The position numbers and the translations under genes were made by a program. A stretch of DNA of 62,415 bases, counting the filler, from Platydemus manokwari (Eukaryota), in the NCBI GenBank assembly GCA_037951405.1. It is 6 parts of 6 records of this genome, joined end to end, with 100 filler letters (N's around TTAATTAATTAA, not from the genome) between each part and the next. Parts side by side here need not be neighbours in the genome. Positions count along the whole stretch, not along the records: positions 51,600 to 62,415 come from JBBMOY011103776.1; 5 more parts are not named here. The stretch is one strand, 5' to 3'. The notes beneath the pieces were generated by a model, which saw nothing but the letters and a program-made list of their open reading frames with translations, did not search any database and had not been told where the DNA came from. This document shows, piece by piece, positions 59,942-62,415 of the stretch. Within the stretch, counting starts at the first letter, position 1. Every line of letters begins with the position of its first letter.

Positions 59942-61833
59942 CTTCCCAGTCGATTTAATTCCCTTGATCAAACAAAGAAATACGATGGTCCACGATGCAA
60001 ATAAGCACAGTACCAGTTTCCATTGCAAACCACCAACCATTGAAAAGTTATTGGATAATTTCAATACTTCATTGCTAGGCAAACAGTGACATCAATTACT
60101 TAAAATTACATGAAATATTTTACTTGAAATATTCTTCTGCTGGCAATATTCGACGTCTATTTGTGACTTGAGTAAACAATGTCTCATTCCAAATTCCGAT
60201 AGTGTTATTAAAGCTATCGAAACAAGTGCCATCATAAGACATATTCATCAGATTACAATTCACTAATGGAAGTTTATACCGGCAATCTGAACATGACATA
60301 ACTGTTTTTTCTTTTTTTAATTATATTATTATTGTTATTATTATTATTACTATTATTATTACTAATATTACTATAATATATATATATATATATTATTCCA
60401 TCAGTTTATTCTCCAGAATTTTCACGAATACACATAAGAGTGACATGGTGACAAATGCCATCTGTGAATTTATTTGGAGTGGAGTGAATTATTATTGGAA
60501 AAAAAAATCTTTCAAAAACATAAAATATAAATTTCATATAAAAATCATACATCTCCAATGATAGAACAAAAATCGTTGAATTATGTGACATTTAATATTA
60601 GCTGTGGTGAAATGATGAAAAGTAGATAGATGTAGATATATCGAATTAAGAAACCAAACGATTTAGATATCTGGCTTGACAATATCGAATCGCATTTATA
60701 CAAAATCAATATCATAATCACTATGAAGACTGACAATTATAGATTTACAAAATAACCTGTCTCGGTTTGATTCATTTGATCATAAAATGGAAATAACTTA
60801 ATAAAAATATCATCATGTAACACGAACAATTATATCTGAGATCTCAAAATAGGCTTGAGTACCATAATGGGTATCAGGGTTTCCCAATGGAACATTTGTC
60901 AGCCTCAAAGGGTTTGTAATAATTTCCACACATCCTTTATTGAATAACAGCTCAAATCTACAATTCAATAATTTCCTTACTGATTTATTTGAAGGAAAAG
61001 ATTTTTGATAAAAACATAATTTTTGCAAAACGTTTTACGGGTTCCTTCATAGGAAAACGATTGAAAAGTCACGACATCAAATTATATAAACAAATTAATA
61101 TAATTTTTATATAAAATTTGAATAAAACCTTTAAAAATTCTTTATCACTAGAGATATATCGATCGAGCATTAGGTTACAAATAAACAAATAAATTTTTTT
61201 GAAAAACCTATGTTGGAATTTATCAAATCGTCTTTAGATTCAGTATATAGATAATCTAAAAATAAGAATTATATAACAGAGAAAATGTGAGATTCCAATA
61301 TCATGAATGGAAATTTCATTGTCAATGAATAATACAAATATTTCACCTCTAGTATTCCATATATTGTTACAAGATTCCCACGGTAAAGGGTTGGACATTG
61401 ATGCAAAAAAATAATATATTGAGTAGGCTATTATCACATTGTAGTATATCGATACCATAGTAGAGATGATAACCATTGCATATCCTATTCCTGGAATATA
61501 TAATATTATTCAATAAATCGATATATTGATTTTTTTACCTGTGAAAATTGGAGCATATTGCCAACAAGTAAATGGACCATTACTAGTGAACTGGCCCAAA
61601 CTAACATCAACTAAAAATATTGGCATGCCAATAAGAAAGAGGAACAAAATATAAGGTATCATAAATGCTCCACCGCCATTTCGATAGCACATGTATGGAA
61701 ATCTCCAAATATTTCCCAATCCTACAGCATATCCGAGACTACTGAGAATGAAATCGCATTTTCCATTCCAGGTTTCACGTTCAGAGGCATGTTCCGATTT
61801 CAAATATACATTGTCGATATTGACTGTCTCTAC
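59942..61833 (-). CDS. SLC6 sodium:neurotransmitter symporter, glycine/proline amino-acid type; partial (TM1-TM4)
   Basis: Exons 61833-61539, 61490-61347, 60286-60124, 60074-59942, in phase: [39 protein letters not shown]...YYNVIIAY...[11 protein letters not shown]...PAEEYFN...IKGIKSTGK. Gly rather than Asp in TM1 argues against a monoamine transporter. Start exon and TM5-12 exons not found. Confidence 0.93.
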
Positions 61834-62237
61834 CTAAATTTATTTACATTTATCTATTATTTGCAAAACAGAAGATTTCTTTCAACTATTAGTTTCTTGC
61901 AAAACAATTCATTTTTCTCATAGAAATTGTATTTTTATTATTGTTGTTACAAAATCATTCATATCGCTCAAATGTCACTCAGATTGACGACGAAATTAAT
62001 TTGTCTAAGAGTCCACTCACATTTCAATTATTCAACATTTATGTCGATTTTTCTTAGCAAATGTTTATCGATCTTAATACGGTGCTATATTTATTTTTAT
62101 TGAAAAATGCCTAATCGAATGAACTCCGTTCAAGCATGTTAGAATTTCAATATAATATCGATCATTCAATGGCACAATTGTGTTTTCGCGTTCAATATTT
62201 TGATATTCACATATTTTTAAAAAAAAATTAAAGTCAC

Positions 62238-62415
62238 AATTATATTATTATTATTATTATCATTATTATTATTATTAACGTTATTATTATTATTATTACA
62301 TTATTATTGTTATCATTATTATTACGTTGTTATTATTATCGTTGTTTTTAAAATAATAATATTATTATTATTAAATTATTATTAGTAATATTATTATAAT
62401 CATATTATTATTATA
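62238..62415. repeat. (ATT)n-type microsatellite
   Basis: Directly visible. Confidence 0.9.

Overview
AT-rich eukaryotic (metazoan, invertebrate) scaffold made of six contigs joined by five artificial 100-nt gaps (44 N + TTAATTAATTAA + 44 N). A planarian-like flatworm is plausible from base composition, ~50-nt minimal introns and the mariner/Gypsy load, but this is inference only. Manual splicing recovers six host genes, all on the minus strand. They are a complete Rab2, the last two exons of GOLGA7/Erf4, nine exons of a divergent ACSS3-type acyl-CoA synthetase, a complete Aveugle/SAMD10-12 SAM-domain gene, a ~343-aa orphan ORF, and four exons of an amino-acid-type SLC6 transporter. GOLGA7 and the Aveugle gene are absent from the ORF track. 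Large introns and intergenic DNA contain decayed mariner, hAT, piggyBac, pogo and Ty3/Gypsy elements, MITEs, a 54-bp palindromic satellite and microsatellites. Best leads: the ACSS3 paralogue with substitutions at acyl-pocket and CoA-tunnel residues, paired X-box motifs at 21-bp spacing (one cluster upstream of the orphan ORF), and a Rab2 ending in a single cysteine. No tRNA, rRNA or CRISPR array was seen. Family assignments come from motif recognition by eye, not database searches.
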